A DNA stretch of 64,000 nucleotides from Candidatus Danuiimicrobium aquiferis. GTDB lineage: Bacteria; Omnitrophota; Omnitrophia; Omnitrophales; Danuiimicrobiaceae. The notes beneath the pieces are model-generated. The model was given only the letters and a program-made list of their open reading frames with translations, made no database searches and was not told the DNA's origin. The stretch is taken from positions 34,383 through 98,382 of the forward strand of contig MHFR01000068.1 of NCBI GenBank assembly GCA_001804285.1, given 5' to 3'. Numbering within the stretch: position 1 is the first letter of the stretch; the number at the start of each line of letters is the position of its first letter. Shown here piece after piece: positions 37,000 to 47,165 of this stretch. Made by a program: the position numbers and the translations under genes.

Positions 37000-37492
37000 A
37001 ATCTTTTTTTCGAATCAAAAAAACTTATGGATAAGCGCAGGCGTATGCCTCGCGCTCGCTATGCTGTTGATCTATTGCCGGGATGGACTATCGAAAATAT
37101 TGCGAGATAAAGAGAAAGAATATCAAACGGATGTTGCGTTATCGAAAGAAAGTAAAATGCGCCGGCAAATTTATGAAACGGTTTTGAATACCGCAAAACT
37201 TCCCGAGAGGAAGCAGGTCAGTTCAAATACGTGGGTCCAAGAAACGCAGGTACTTGTAACCGGTCAGAAATTATCGCTTCAAGAGTTGAAGCCGGATGAG
37301 CGAGGATCCGGTAAGGGCGAAAGTAAACCGAGCCTGTATTTGGTGGTTGAAGGGAATATGGCGGATCTTTTAAGCTTTTTTTATCGGATATCCGAAAATC
37401 AGAATTTTGTTTATGTTAAGAATTTTATGGTGACGCGGCCCAGCGATAATTCTGATGGGGTGAGTGCGGAAGTTACCCTTTCCCAAATGTAA
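36986..37492 (+). CDS. GspM/PilO-like protein
   Basis: N-terminal TM, coiled coil, VEGNMADLLSFFYRI. Confidence 0.65.
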   Translation: MNQIKIFFSNQKNLWISAGVCLALAMLLIYCRDGLSKILRDKEKEYQTDVALSKESKMRRQIYETVLNTAKLPERKQVSSNTWVQETQVLVTGQKLSLQELKPDERGSGKGESKPSLYLVVEGNMADLLSFFYRISENQNFVYVKNFMVTRPSDNSDGVSAEVTLSQM

Positions 37493-37514
37493 AAACGATG
37501 AAAGGTGCATTTGC

Positions 37515-39158
37515 ATGATTAGAAAAAAGAAGACTTATTTTATCGGCGAAGAATTAATCCGGAAAAATCTTGTGACGCTTGAGCAGATCGGACAGGCGCT
37601 TGAAGTTCAGGAACAAACCGGAGAATTTTTAGGAAGGATTTTGGTCCGTTTCGGTTTTATTCCCGAATCAAAACTAATTGAGGTTTTAGCCGACCAATTT
37701 GAATTACGGCTTGTCAGGCCCGACGAAATGGAGATTTCGAAAGAGGTGCTCCAAAGAGTGCCGCCAAAAGTTGCTCATCACTATCATATTTTCCCGGTTG
37801 AAATAAAAGGGAATCATTTATTGATTGCGATGAATGAACCACCTGAGTTTGACGTCATTCAGGAACTAAATGCGATTTTGGGGATTGAAATTCAAGTATT
37901 GTTAGCTGAACGTTCACGGATTGATGAAGCGATTCAGAAACATTATGGAATCGGAGCGTCTATCGTCGATCAATTGACGAAAACGAAAAAGAAACAATCT
38001 AAAGCGCAGGTTGAAGCCCAGATGGGTTCGACTGAAGAAATGGAAGCAACTGCCGGCGAATCTTCGGTGCGTGAACTGGTCAACCAGTTACTCATGGATG
38101 CCCAGAAAAAACGGGCGAGTGATATTCATATTGAACCTTTTTCAGACCGTTTGAGTGTCCGGTATCGCATCGACGGTATCTTGCAGGAAGCAAAGGTACC
38201 GGACGAAATCCGGCAATTCCATTCAAGCATTATTTCGCGCATTAAAATTATGGCCAATTTAGATATCTCAGAGCGCCGTCTTCCGCAAGACGGCCGGATT
38301 AAAATCAGCATTCAAAATGAAGAATTGGATTTGCGCGTGTCGCTGCTTCCCACTGCTTATGGCGAGTCGCTTGTGATTCGAATTCTGTCGCCGGCAAGGT
38401 TATTGAGATTGGATGGCATCGGGCTGGCACAAGATTATCTTGCTCGATTTCGCCAAATTTTGCAGAAACCGTACGGCGTTATTTTGCTGACCGGTCCCAC
38501 GGGAAGCGGCAAAACAACAACTCTGTATGGTGCGCTCAGTTCCTTGAATGATGTGGGGCGGAAAATTATTACGGTAGAGGATCCGGTTGAATATCAGCTT
38601 GATGGAATTATTCAGATGCAGGTGCATCCGAAAATTGATCTGACATTTTCAATCGGGTTGCGTCACATGTTGCGGCATGACCCGGATGTGCTGATGGTCG
38701 GAGAAATCCGGGATGCCGAAACGGCGGAAATTGCGATCCGTTCGTCACTGACCGGCCATTTGGTGTTTTCCACTTTGCATACCAATGATGCGGTGGGTGC
38801 AATTGCTCGGCTTCTTGATCTCGGAATGCAACCGTATCTGGTATCTTCCAGCCTTGAATGTGTGATTGCCCAGCGATTAGTCCGGTTGATTTGTGAGAAA
38901 TGTAAGACGAAAAAAGACGGAGAATATATCGGGCAAGGATGCGAACAATGCAACGATACCGGATTCTATGGGCGGACTGCCATTCATGAATTTCTCGTGT
39001 TGGATGATGAGTTGAGGGACATGGTTGCAAGGGGAATGAGCGCCCTTGAAATCAGGGAGGCTTCTGTGAAAAAGGGGATGCGGCTCCTCAAAGATGATGG
39101 CCTCTCGAAAGTTCGTGCCGGGTTAACCACTACAGCTGAAGTATTGCGGGTAACATGA
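37515..39158 (+). CDS. gspE: Secretion ATPase GspE/PilB with MshEN-like N-terminus
   Basis: IGEELIRKNLV/LGRILVRFG, ASDIHIEP, GPTGSGKTT, EDPVEY, LRHDPD, TGHLVFSTLH, CEKC/CEQC. Confidence 0.94.
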   Translation: MIRKKKTYFIGEELIRKNLVTLEQIGQALEVQEQTGEFLGRILVRFGFIPESKLIEVLADQFELRLVRPDEMEISKEVLQRVPPKVAHHYHIFPVEIKGNHLLIAMNEPPEFDVIQELNAILGIEIQVLLAERSRIDEAIQKHYGIGASIVDQLTKTKKKQSKAQVEAQMGSTEEMEATAGESSVRELVNQLLMDAQKKRASDIHIEPFSDRLSVRYRIDGILQEAKVPDEIRQFHSSIISRIKIMANLDISERRLPQDGRIKISIQNEELDLRVSLLPTAYGESLVIRILSPARLLRLDGIGLAQDYLARFRQILQKPYGVILLTGPTGSGKTTTLYGALSSLNDVGRKIITVEDPVEYQLDGIIQMQVHPKIDLTFSIGLRHMLRHDPDVLMVGEIRDAETAEIAIRSSLTGHLVFSTLHTNDAVGAIARLLDLGMQPYLVSSSLECVIAQRLVRLICEKCKTKKDGEYIGQGCEQCNDTGFYGRTAIHEFLVLDDELRDMVARGMSALEIREASVKKGMRLLKDDGLSKVRAGLTTTAEVLRVT

Positions 39159-39312
39159 GGTCTCGAAAATCCGAATTTTGTTTCCTATGAAATATTTAAA
39201 ACAGCTTAAAAGAGCTTGATTTGCGATTGAAGGTTCGTTAATCTATGCCCGCCTTACCGTTGGATGAGGCTCAATTTTTTTAATTTAAAGATTAACTGAA
39301 AGTGAAAATTTT

Positions 39313-41136
39313 ATGCAGGTGGTTACTATGAAAAATGAACGAACTAATCATGCAGAGCTTTTAAATTGGGTCAAAGCGATGGCTGAACTTTGCACGCCTG
39401 ACAGAATCGTTTGGTGCGATGGTTCGGAATCCGAAAAAAAACGTTTGGAACAGGAAGCGGTGGGAACGGGCGAGCTTGTCGAACTCAATCAGGAGAAAAT
39501 GCCGGGGTGTTTCTATCATCGTACGGCAGTGAATGACGTCGCGCGGACGGAACATTTAACTTATATTTGCACGTCGAAACAAGAAGACGCGGGACCTACT
39601 AATAATTGGATGGCGCCCGAAGAAGCATACGAAAAAGCGAGGCAGCTTTTTAAAGGTGCGATGAAGGGCCGAACCATGTATGTCATTCCGTTTAGCATGG
39701 GCCCGATTGGTTCCGTATTCAGCAAAATCGGTGTTGAGCTGACGGATAGTATTTATGTGGTTCTCAATATGCGCATCATGACGCGAATGGGAACGGCGGT
39801 TTTAGAGGCGCTCGGTTCCAAAGGCGAATTTACAAAATGTCTTCACAGCAAAGCTGATCTTGATATCTATCGCCGTCTCATTCTCCATTTTCCGGAAGAT
39901 AATACGATTTGGAGTGTCGGTTCCGGTTACGGCGGAAATGTGCTTCTCGGGAAAAAATGTTTGGCGCTTAGAATTGCAAGTTATCTCGGTATGAAAGAAG
40001 GCTGGATGGCTGAGCATATGCTTATTCTCGGGATTGAAAAGCCGAACGGAGAGATTCAATATGTCGCCGGTGCATTTCCGAGTGCTTGCGGGAAAACCAA
40101 TTTGGCGATGTTGGTTCCGCCTGAAGGGTTGAAACATAAAGGATACCGGATTTGGACGGTTGGCGATGATATTGCGTGGATGCGGATCGGAAAAGACGGA
40201 AGGTTGTGGGCGATTAATCCCGAAAACGGATTTTTCGGCGTATTGCCCGGAACAGGGCCCGCGACTAATCCGCTTGCGATGGAAACAATCAAGGAAAATA
40301 CGATTTTTACCAATGTCGCGTTGTGTCCGGACGGGACGGTTTGGTGGGAAGGAAAAGATGATAACCCGCCGGCTGAAGCGATTGATTGGAAAGGCGATAA
40401 ATGGCAGCCGGGGATGAAAGATAAGGACGGAAAACCCGTGTTAGCAGCGCATCCCAATAGCCGTTTTACAGCGCCGATATCGCAATGTCCCAGTTTTAAT
40501 CCAAAGATACATGAATCGACAGAAGGGGTTCCCATCTCTGCCATTATTTTTGGTGGCCGAAGAGCCGGACTCGTTCCGCTCGTTTACGAAAGTTTTAATT
40601 GGCGGCATGGTGTTTTTGTCGGTTCCCAAATTGCATCAGAGAGAACTGCGGCACAATTCGGAAAGCAGGGGGAAGTTCGGCTGGATCCGATGGCGATGCT
40701 TCCTTTTTGTGGATACAATATGGGCGATTATTTTAAACATTGGCTTGAAATGGGGAAACGGATGAAGTCTCAGCCAAAAGTTTTCCGTGTCAATTGGTTT
40801 CGTCGTGATCAAAACGGCAAGTTCCTCTGGCCGGGGTTCGGCGATAATTTAAGGGTTCTTGAATGGATTTTGGACCGTTCGAACGGGAAAGTGGATGCGG
40901 TAGAAACACCGATCGGCTATATTCCAAAGCCGAATAGTTTGGATTTGACGGGACTGAATTTAAATCCTGAAACGCTCAAAGAATTATTTGATATCGATCC
41001 GGGCGAATGGATGCCGACTTTTCTCGCGGAAGAAGAATTTTTGGCTCAGTTTGGTTCTAAACTTCCTCAAGAGCTTAGAGAAGACTTAGAAGATCGGGAA
41101 AAACGGTTTCAAGCGGTTTTGAAAAACAAACATTAA
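39313..41136 (+). CDS. pckG: Phosphoenolpyruvate carboxykinase (GTP)
   Basis: FPSACGKTNLAM, VGDDIAW, NPENGFFG, HPNSRF, WPGFGDN. Confidence 0.97.
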   Translation: MQVVTMKNERTNHAELLNWVKAMAELCTPDRIVWCDGSESEKKRLEQEAVGTGELVELNQEKMPGCFYHRTAVNDVARTEHLTYICTSKQEDAGPTNNWMAPEEAYEKARQLFKGAMKGRTMYVIPFSMGPIGSVFSKIGVELTDSIYVVLNMRIMTRMGTAVLEALGSKGEFTKCLHSKADLDIYRRLILHFPEDNTIWSVGSGYGGNVLLGKKCLALRIASYLGMKEGWMAEHMLILGIEKPNGEIQYVAGAFPSACGKTNLAMLVPPEGLKHKGYRIWTVGDDIAWMRIGKDGRLWAINPENGFFGVLPGTGPATNPLAMETIKENTIFTNVALCPDGTVWWEGKDDNPPAEAIDWKGDKWQPGMKDKDGKPVLAAHPNSRFTAPISQCPSFNPKIHESTEGVPISAIIFGGRRAGLVPLVYESFNWRHGVFVGSQIASERTAAQFGKQGEVRLDPMAMLPFCGYNMGDYFKHWLEMGKRMKSQPKVFRVNWFRRDQNGKFLWPGFGDNLRVLEWILDRSNGKVDAVETPIGYIPKPNSLDLTGLNLNPETLKELFDIDPGEWMPTFLAEEEFLAQFGSKLPQELREDLEDREKRFQAVLKNKH

Positions 41137-41209
41137 TAAAGATAGTCAATCTGTGTGATGGTGGACGGATTTGGATTTGCTATCACAAGATCATAGAAGG
41201 CGTCATCAT

Positions 41210-41572
41210 ATGCCGACAAAATTGCTTGTGGTGGATGATGAAAACGGAATTCTCGAAGAAGTAAAAACATTTTTCGAGGAAGAAGGATTCCGGGTTTTTG
41301 TGGCTGAGAGCGGTGAAGAAGGCATTGAGATTCTCAAACGTGAAAAACCTGAAGTGATGCTGCTGGATATGAAGTTACCGGATATGTCAGGACTGTTGGT
41401 TTTAAAGATTTGCAAGGAATCAAGCCCTCTTACCAAAGTCATTGTTAATACGGGGTATGTAGATCAACTCTTAATTGATCAAGCTGAAGAATTAGGGCGG
41501 GATATTTTTCTTCAGAAACCGTTTGATTTGCAAGTACTTAAGGGGGAAGTGGATCGTTTGTTGGGCATCTAG
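41210..41572 (+). CDS. Single-domain response regulator
   Basis: VVDDE, LLDMKLPDMSG, LQKPF. Confidence 0.9.
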   Translation: MPTKLLVVDDENGILEEVKTFFEEEGFRVFVAESGEEGIEILKREKPEVMLLDMKLPDMSGLLVLKICKESSPLTKVIVNTGYVDQLLIDQAEELGRDIFLQKPFDLQVLKGEVDRLLGI

Positions 41573-41591
41573 TCTATGCGGAGAGTGAACA

Positions 41592-42320
41592 GTGTCTAAA
41601 TTGAAAATTTGCGTTGGTACGGAAAATAAAAAAGCAATAGAATTTTTCTCTGATTATTTTGGTGAGACGCAATCGGTTCCGTCTATCATTCGCTCCAAAG
41701 CGGACGTTGGCGCTATTTTTACGGGAACACCCGATATGATTTTTATTGAAGGAGGGTGGGTGGACAATCGTCTGGTCGAAAGTTTGACCGACATGAAACA
41801 TAAAAATAGAGACCTTAAATGTTTTCAACTCGGTTACGTTTCTTCTCCCGAATCATTCCAGTTTCTGGGAAAGGTGGAGCTTCCCATTGATGAGAAGGCT
41901 TTCCATAAAGTGGTTCTTCCTCACATGCAGTACCCCGAACGAATTAAAGTCCTTGTCGTGGATGATGAGCGGGAAGTGTGCGAGATGATTAAAGAATATT
42001 TCGAGTTCCGGATTAAGCCGGCTTTCCATGTGCGTTCGGCACAAAATGGGCTCGAGGGATTCAAACTGATCGAACAAGAAACTCCGGATTGTCTTATTCT
42101 TGATATTAAAATGCCTGTTAAAACAGGCGTTGAACTTTATCGTGACCTTATTCGGAGCGGAAGGAAGATATTAACAATTATCTTTATCGATTCGACGTCT
42201 TCAGAAGACATTCTTGAAATCCGAAAATGGGGATCTCCGATTTTTGTGGAAAAAGGCGGCCATTACAGCTCGATGTCGGAAATGATCTCGCTCATTAAAA
42301 AGTTAATCGCATTTTCTTAA
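41592..42320 (+). CDS. Protein with a degenerate N-terminal receiver and a C-terminal receiver domain
   Basis: PDMIFIE pseudo-receiver; VLVVDDE...ILDIKMP. Confidence 0.8.
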   Translation: MSKLKICVGTENKKAIEFFSDYFGETQSVPSIIRSKADVGAIFTGTPDMIFIEGGWVDNRLVESLTDMKHKNRDLKCFQLGYVSSPESFQFLGKVELPIDEKAFHKVVLPHMQYPERIKVLVVDDEREVCEMIKEYFEFRIKPAFHVRSAQNGLEGFKLIEQETPDCLILDIKMPVKTGVELYRDLIRSGRKILTIIFIDSTSSEDILEIRKWGSPIFVEKGGHYSSMSEMISLIKKLIAFS

Positions 42321-42333
42321 CGTTAATTTAGCG

Positions 42334-42708
42334 TTATTCTTTCCCGAGAGCGTCACTTACCGCGCGCTGAATTTTTTCCAGGCTGACCGGTTTTGGAATG
42401 ATGCTGTAATCCGCGTGAGACGAACTTGAAAGTTGAGGACGGGTTCCTTGCGCGAGAGCCGTCAGGAAAATAATAGGTGTTTTTGTGTGATTTGGCATTT
42501 CCCGGATTTTCTCATAAACCACCACACCATCGATATCCGGAAGATGGATATCCAGCATGATTAAATCAAACTTTACTTGTTTAGCTTGATTGAGCGCATC
42601 TATTCCGTTTTGTGCGGTGACCACATCCAATCCGAGATCATTCAAACATTCGGAAATGAGATTGCAGATATCGGATTCGTCATCAACGATAAGCACTTGT
42701 TTTGGCAT
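42334..42708 (-). CDS. Single-domain response regulator
   Basis: IVDDE, MLDIHLPDIDG, FLTA, PKPV. Start after GAAGGGAG. Confidence 0.9.
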   Translation of the reverse strand: MPKQVLIVDDESDICNLISECLNDLGLDVVTAQNGIDALNQAKQVKFDLIMLDIHLPDIDGVVVYEKIREMPNHTKTPIIFLTALAQGTRPQLSSSSHADYSIIPKPVSLEKIQRAVSDALGKE

Positions 42709-42877
42709 GATTTTTCTCCCTTCAACTAACATCGGCGAATGAATTTCTAAACTTAAACATAGTATAGCCTAAATGATCGGAAAAGCAAAGCATCAGATAT
42801 CATCGCAATCGTTTTTGGGGAGACAGGAGAAATCTTTCCATGACATTTTGCAGTTCCATGATTTATAATTGCATGAT

Positions 42878-43780
42878 ATGAAACGGCCTAACTTTTTTAT
42901 TCTTGGCGCTCCGAGGTGCGGCACGACTTCACTTTGCGATTATCTGCGAAAGCATCCCCGCGTTTTTGTGTGCTATCCGAAAGAGATTCATTTTTTTGCA
43001 GAAGACTTCCCAAGTTGCCGTGTGTCTAAAATATTGGATGATTATTTGCGGTTTTTTTCGGGCGCGACAGAAAAACACCTTGCGGTCGGCGAGGGTGCTG
43101 TTTTGTACCTTTATTCAAAGGTTGCTGTAAAAAAAATATGGGAATATGATCCGAAATCAAAACTGATTGTTTTCATTCGGAATCATGTTGATTTTCTTCA
43201 GTCATGGCATGCTCATCAGGTTTTTATTGGTTTGGAGAAAATCACGGAATTGAAGAAAGCCTGGAACGCCGAGAATGAAAGAAGGAGGATGACAAATAGG
43301 ACATATCTGCGTAAAGATCCTAAATTCTTTTATTATTCGGATATCGGAAAATTGGGAGAACAATTGGAACGTGTTTATTCTATTTTTCCTCGAGAGCAGG
43401 TTAAAGTGATTTTAAATGAAGATTTTGCGTTATCGCCCCGGCGGGTGTACCAAGACATTTTAGGGTTTTTAAATGTTCCGGATGATCAACGAGAGATATT
43501 TCCGCGCTACAACAGGAATAAGGTGAGCCAATATCCGCGATTGATTTCATTTCTCACGGATCCACCTGTGTTCATCGGATGGTTGACTGATACGATCAAG
43601 AAAGTCTTACACATTAAGCGGTTTGGGATTACAAGGTTTTTCCTCCGTGCCGGCCGGAAATATACTGAAAGAGTTCCACTGGATCCGTCATTTCGAAAGG
43701 AATTGATTGATTATTTCCGCGACGATAGAGAAAAATTATCGAGACTCATTAACAGAGATTTAACCCATTGGGAAAATTGA
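42878..43780 (+). CDS. PAPS-dependent sulfotransferase
   Basis: PNFFILGAPRCGTTSL (5'-PSB), KEIHFF, IRNHVDFLQS (3'-PB). Confidence 0.88.
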   Translation: MKRPNFFILGAPRCGTTSLCDYLRKHPRVFVCYPKEIHFFAEDFPSCRVSKILDDYLRFFSGATEKHLAVGEGAVLYLYSKVAVKKIWEYDPKSKLIVFIRNHVDFLQSWHAHQVFIGLEKITELKKAWNAENERRRMTNRTYLRKDPKFFYYSDIGKLGEQLERVYSIFPREQVKVILNEDFALSPRRVYQDILGFLNVPDDQREIFPRYNRNKVSQYPRLISFLTDPPVFIGWLTDTIKKVLHIKRFGITRFFLRAGRKYTERVPLDPSFRKELIDYFRDDREKLSRLINRDLTHWEN

Positions 43781-43824
43781 TCACGGACTCTATTGGTAAA
43801 ATTAAATAGGAGGCGTATTTTTAT

Positions 43825-44058
43825 ATGAACATTGAAAATGAAGAGCCGAAGGATTGGGAAGTTCGGGATGAAGAGGTCCCTGATAAATTAGAAAAAAAGT
43901 GGACTACAGATGAAAATCAGGCGAGACAATCTACTTTTTGTCCGAAGTGTAAGCAAATTCTCCCGGGGAACACATACCGCTGTCATTCTTGTGGTGCGCA
44001 GATTGATTATGATTCGGGGTTGCTTGGGAAAATCTTGAAATGGTTAAAAGGCGGGTAA
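43825..44058 (+). CDS. Small zinc-ribbon protein
   Basis: CPKC...CHSC; GGAGG RBS. Confidence 0.75.
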   Translation: MNIENEEPKDWEVRDEEVPDKLEKKWTTDENQARQSTFCPKCKQILPGNTYRCHSCGAQIDYDSGLLGKILKWLKGG

Positions 44059-44067
44059 AACGATGCG

Positions 44068-44790
44068 CTACTCAGCCGATGGTTGTAGGGTGTAGTCTTT
44101 AAAATGGGCGTCACCCATGGTTTTCATCATCCATTCCATCCAGCGTTTTTCCACTTCTTCTGCGGGAACATCTTTGAGGATGGTTTCTCGGATTTTTCGC
44201 GCACAAATATATTTTCGAATCGCCTCTTCAAATTCCCGCGGTCTTCCGCGGTATTGATTCTTCACCCACATTTGATAAAAAGCAGGACTGAACCCGCCGC
44301 TTTCCGAAGAAAAAAGCTTCAAAATTTCTCGAGAGACTTCATCGTTAGAAACTTCCATTTTCATCCGCTTTGCTTCTTCACTAAATATGATTGATTGCCA
44401 CGCCAGGCTGCGGACTTCTTCGTAAGTCGGCGGCTCCGGTTTTTCGGATGATTTCGGATCTTCAGTTAGCGGTTCCGGCTCTTTGTATCTTTTCGCATTT
44501 TCCGCAATTTCTTTGGTTTCGGCAGAAGGTGGGGTGGGTGTGGATTGAGTTTCCGGCTTTTTTTCTTCGGTTTTTCGCTGAAGCGCAATAATCCCGGACC
44601 GCGTCATAATATCATAAAAGCGCAACATAGATTGGAACTCCGTGATGGATATATTTTTCCCGAACGCACTTCCTGCGTAGGAAGAACTCGAGCTCCGTGA
44701 GGCGACAAAGCTTCCGGCCCCCCAAATCACAAAGGAAAGGACAATAATCCAAATAATGAATTTGATATTTTTCCGGAAAAATGGCAGCAT
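44068..44790 (-). CDS. SurA N-terminal domain / PpiD-like membrane-anchored chaperone
   Basis: MLPFFRK..IIWIIVLSFVIWG, EAKRMKMEVSNDEV, F...GGF...Y. Confidence 0.75.
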   Translation of the reverse strand: MLPFFRKNIKFIIWIIVLSFVIWGAGSFVASRSSSSSYAGSAFGKNISITEFQSMLRFYDIMTRSGIIALQRKTEEKKPETQSTPTPPSAETKEIAENAKRYKEPEPLTEDPKSSEKPEPPTYEEVRSLAWQSIIFSEEAKRMKMEVSNDEVSREILKLFSSESGGFSPAFYQMWVKNQYRGRPREFEEAIRKYICARKIRETILKDVPAEEVEKRWMEWMMKTMGDAHFKDYTLQPSAE

Positions 44791-44915
44791 AAACTATCTT
44801 TCTATTTAGTCGATGATGTAAAGGTGATTTTAATTAATTGATTTTGCGCTTTATCCTTGTTTTTTATAATGAGTTATGTTAGCATTTTTCAACAATTTAA
44901 CCAAATAAAAATATC

Positions 44916-46493
44916 GTGAAATTCTTAAAATTTTCAATTATCATTTTATTTCTGCTAAGTCTCCTATCAGCGGGAGTCACCTCCTATGTATCTGCGCTTC
45001 GTGAGAATGAAAAATCAAAGCGAATTGAGTTAGAGGCTAAGATCAAAGACTTAAAGGCCAAGATCGAAGGGTTAAATGAAGAAAAAAAGGGTTTGGAGGA
45101 TGAACTCACCCAGAACGAGGCTCAAATCAACGATTTAAATGCCAAAATTGAAGCCGAAAGATCCGCACGGTTAAAAGCAACACAAATAGCGAGCGATCAG
45201 GAGAAGCAAGCTAATTCTGTTCGGGAAGAGTTGCGGGAATCTGAAAAATCGTTCGACAATGCACAGCGGCGAAACCGGGAGTTGGAAAAAATTTTAAATG
45301 AACTTCAGAAAAGATTGAAGGAAGCGGAAGATCGTGCTGAAAAAGCAATGAATCAGGTTGCTGAGCTGAATGCCATCGTCAGTAATAATCCTCCTGTGGC
45401 GGGCTCGGTACTTCCAATAAACCCAACCTTTTCTTCTGATCAAGGTGAAGCAAAGCCACGTTTTTTCTTGCATAAAATCGTAACTCGGGGAACAAAAGAG
45501 AAAAAAGAAGAAGGGCTATTGCCCGTGAAGAAGGAAGTGCAGGGCGAGAAAGAACCGGTAAAAACCGGATCTCGTATGGTTCAAGATTTGAAGGGAGGAA
45601 TCCAACCGGCGAAAGTGATTGAGCCGGTCTCAAAACCGTCTCCAGCGATTTTATCTCAACCAAGCTTGGTTTCTAAGACAATTCCCGTGATTCCCAAAGC
45701 AAATATTCTTTCAACCGCGCAATCCAAGGAACCGGCAAAAGAAGTTGTTCACAAAAAAGAAATAACCCAGACGAAATCGGAAAAGAGTGAGGGGAAGAAG
45801 GCAGGGGCTATTCGTCGGGTATTTTCAAAAATATTCGGGCGTTCAGAAAAGAAAGAAGAGGAAAAAAATTATACAGAAAAAAAAGTGACGGATGTGGTGG
45901 CGAATTCTCAGGAATTGAATGGAAAATTTGGTGATGTGGTATCAGCGGCAGCAAAAAAGGAGCCAAGTCTCGAACCATCAAAAGGGAATGTCCCAGCTTT
46001 CCCAAGGTCCGGAATGGTGGGGGCTATTCCTCGCTCAGAGCCTGTTCAGCGGCACGTTCTTCCCTCTATCCCTGGTTTTGGCAGAGGAGTCAAAAAAGAA
46101 TCATCGGATCAAACAGAAGCTCTTGCCCAACCGAAATCTGTAGCGTCGGGGAAACAAACGGCCACTATCCCTCAAACGTCAGCGGAATACAAGCCAAAGG
46201 GGATTGAACAAGAATCTAAAAAAACTGAGAGTCTATATCCGTCTCAAACTTCACAAATCGATTCAAAAAACGGCCGTGTGTTGTTGGTGAACCGTCAGTT
46301 TAACTTTATCGTGAACAATTTGGGTTCCAAACACGGTGTTGGCTTAAATGATGTGTTAAGCGTGATGAGGCGTGGGGGCGAAATTGCAAAAGTTCGCGTT
46401 GAAAAAATCTATGACGATTATTCCGCAGCGTATATTACAGAAGAACAAGATGGGATTGAAATCGGAGAGGGCGATGAAGTCTCGCGAATTTAA
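44916..46493 (+). CDS. Membrane-anchored coiled-coil protein with a low-complexity linker and a C-terminal beta domain (FlgT-C-like)
   Basis: N-terminal TM, ~130-aa heptad coil, K/E/P/S-rich linker, GRVLLVN..FNFIVNNLG...G...IAKVRV. Confidence 0.7.
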   Translation: MKFLKFSIIILFLLSLLSAGVTSYVSALRENEKSKRIELEAKIKDLKAKIEGLNEEKKGLEDELTQNEAQINDLNAKIEAERSARLKATQIASDQEKQANSVREELRESEKSFDNAQRRNRELEKILNELQKRLKEAEDRAEKAMNQVAELNAIVSNNPPVAGSVLPINPTFSSDQGEAKPRFFLHKIVTRGTKEKKEEGLLPVKKEVQGEKEPVKTGSRMVQDLKGGIQPAKVIEPVSKPSPAILSQPSLVSKTIPVIPKANILSTAQSKEPAKEVVHKKEITQTKSEKSEGKKAGAIRRVFSKIFGRSEKKEEEKNYTEKKVTDVVANSQELNGKFGDVVSAAAKKEPSLEPSKGNVPAFPRSGMVGAIPRSEPVQRHVLPSIPGFGRGVKKESSDQTEALAQPKSVASGKQTATIPQTSAEYKPKGIEQESKKTESLYPSQTSQIDSKNGRVLLVNRQFNFIVNNLGSKHGVGLNDVLSVMRRGGEIAKVRVEKIYDDYSAAYITEEQDGIEIGEGDEVSRI

Positions 46494-46614
46494 GCCGAGC
46501 ATCCGCGGATCTGTTTTTTTTAATTTCATTTCAATTATTGCAATCCTCTGTGTGTTGATCGTTTTACTTATTCAAACAAGCGAGTTGATGAAGTATATCG
46601 GAACTCAAGGTTGA
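46474..46614 (+). CDS. Small single-TM hypothetical protein
   Basis: MKSREFKPSIRGSVFFNFISIIAILCVLIVLL...; follows GGAGAGG and overlaps its neighbours. Confidence 0.45.
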   Translation: MKSREFKPSIRGSVFFNFISIIAILCVLIVLLIQTSELMKYIGTQG

Positions 46615-46637
46615 ACGGTTGTAAACGGAAAAAGGAA

Positions 46638-46874
46638 ATGATGTTCCAGCAATCGAAATGGAAATACGTATTTTTCTTTTTGCTTCTGAGCGGAATTGCC
46701 ACGACTGTTTTGGCGGCAGATGATTCGGAATGTAAAAAAGCCAATTTGGAATTGGATAGTGTGATTACTCAGGTTGACGGATTGATTGCGCAGCAAAAGG
46801 AAATGATGGCGAAACAGGAAAATCTGTTAAAGGAAATTGAAAGTCTGAAAATTTGGGTGAATAAACGAAGATGA
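46638..46874 (+). CDS. Small secreted coiled-coil protein
   Basis: Signal peptide (VLA|AD), heptad coil, ends LKIWVNKRR. Confidence 0.7.
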   Translation: MMFQQSKWKYVFFFLLLSGIATTVLAADDSECKKANLELDSVITQVDGLIAQQKEMMAKQENLLKEIESLKIWVNKRR

Positions 46875-47086
46875 AAATTTGTCATGTTTTTATTTTGGCG
46901 GTCGTATTAAGTATATGGGTTTGTCGTTCCGTTGCTTTCGCGGCGGTTGGTGCGGATTCGAAGATAGAGAAGCTAAAGAATAAATTGATAGAATTGAAAA
47001 CCTCACAAGCTGCGATGATAGGGAAACAATCCGCGATAGAAAAAGCAATCTCTGATCTTCGGATTTGGATTAATCTTCGAAGGTAG
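46871..47086 (+). CDS. Small secreted coiled-coil protein, paralog of the preceding gene
   Basis: Signal peptide (AFA|AV), ends LRIWINLRR. Confidence 0.7.
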   Translation: MKICHVFILAVVLSIWVCRSVAFAAVGADSKIEKLKNKLIELKTSQAAMIGKQSAIEKAISDLRIWINLRR

Positions 47087-47165
47087 TATATCCTTTCTTG
47101 TATTAAGCGGTGTTATCCAAGGGCGAGTTTAAATTTCAGAATGACGACGAATTTGGAGTTTCTTG

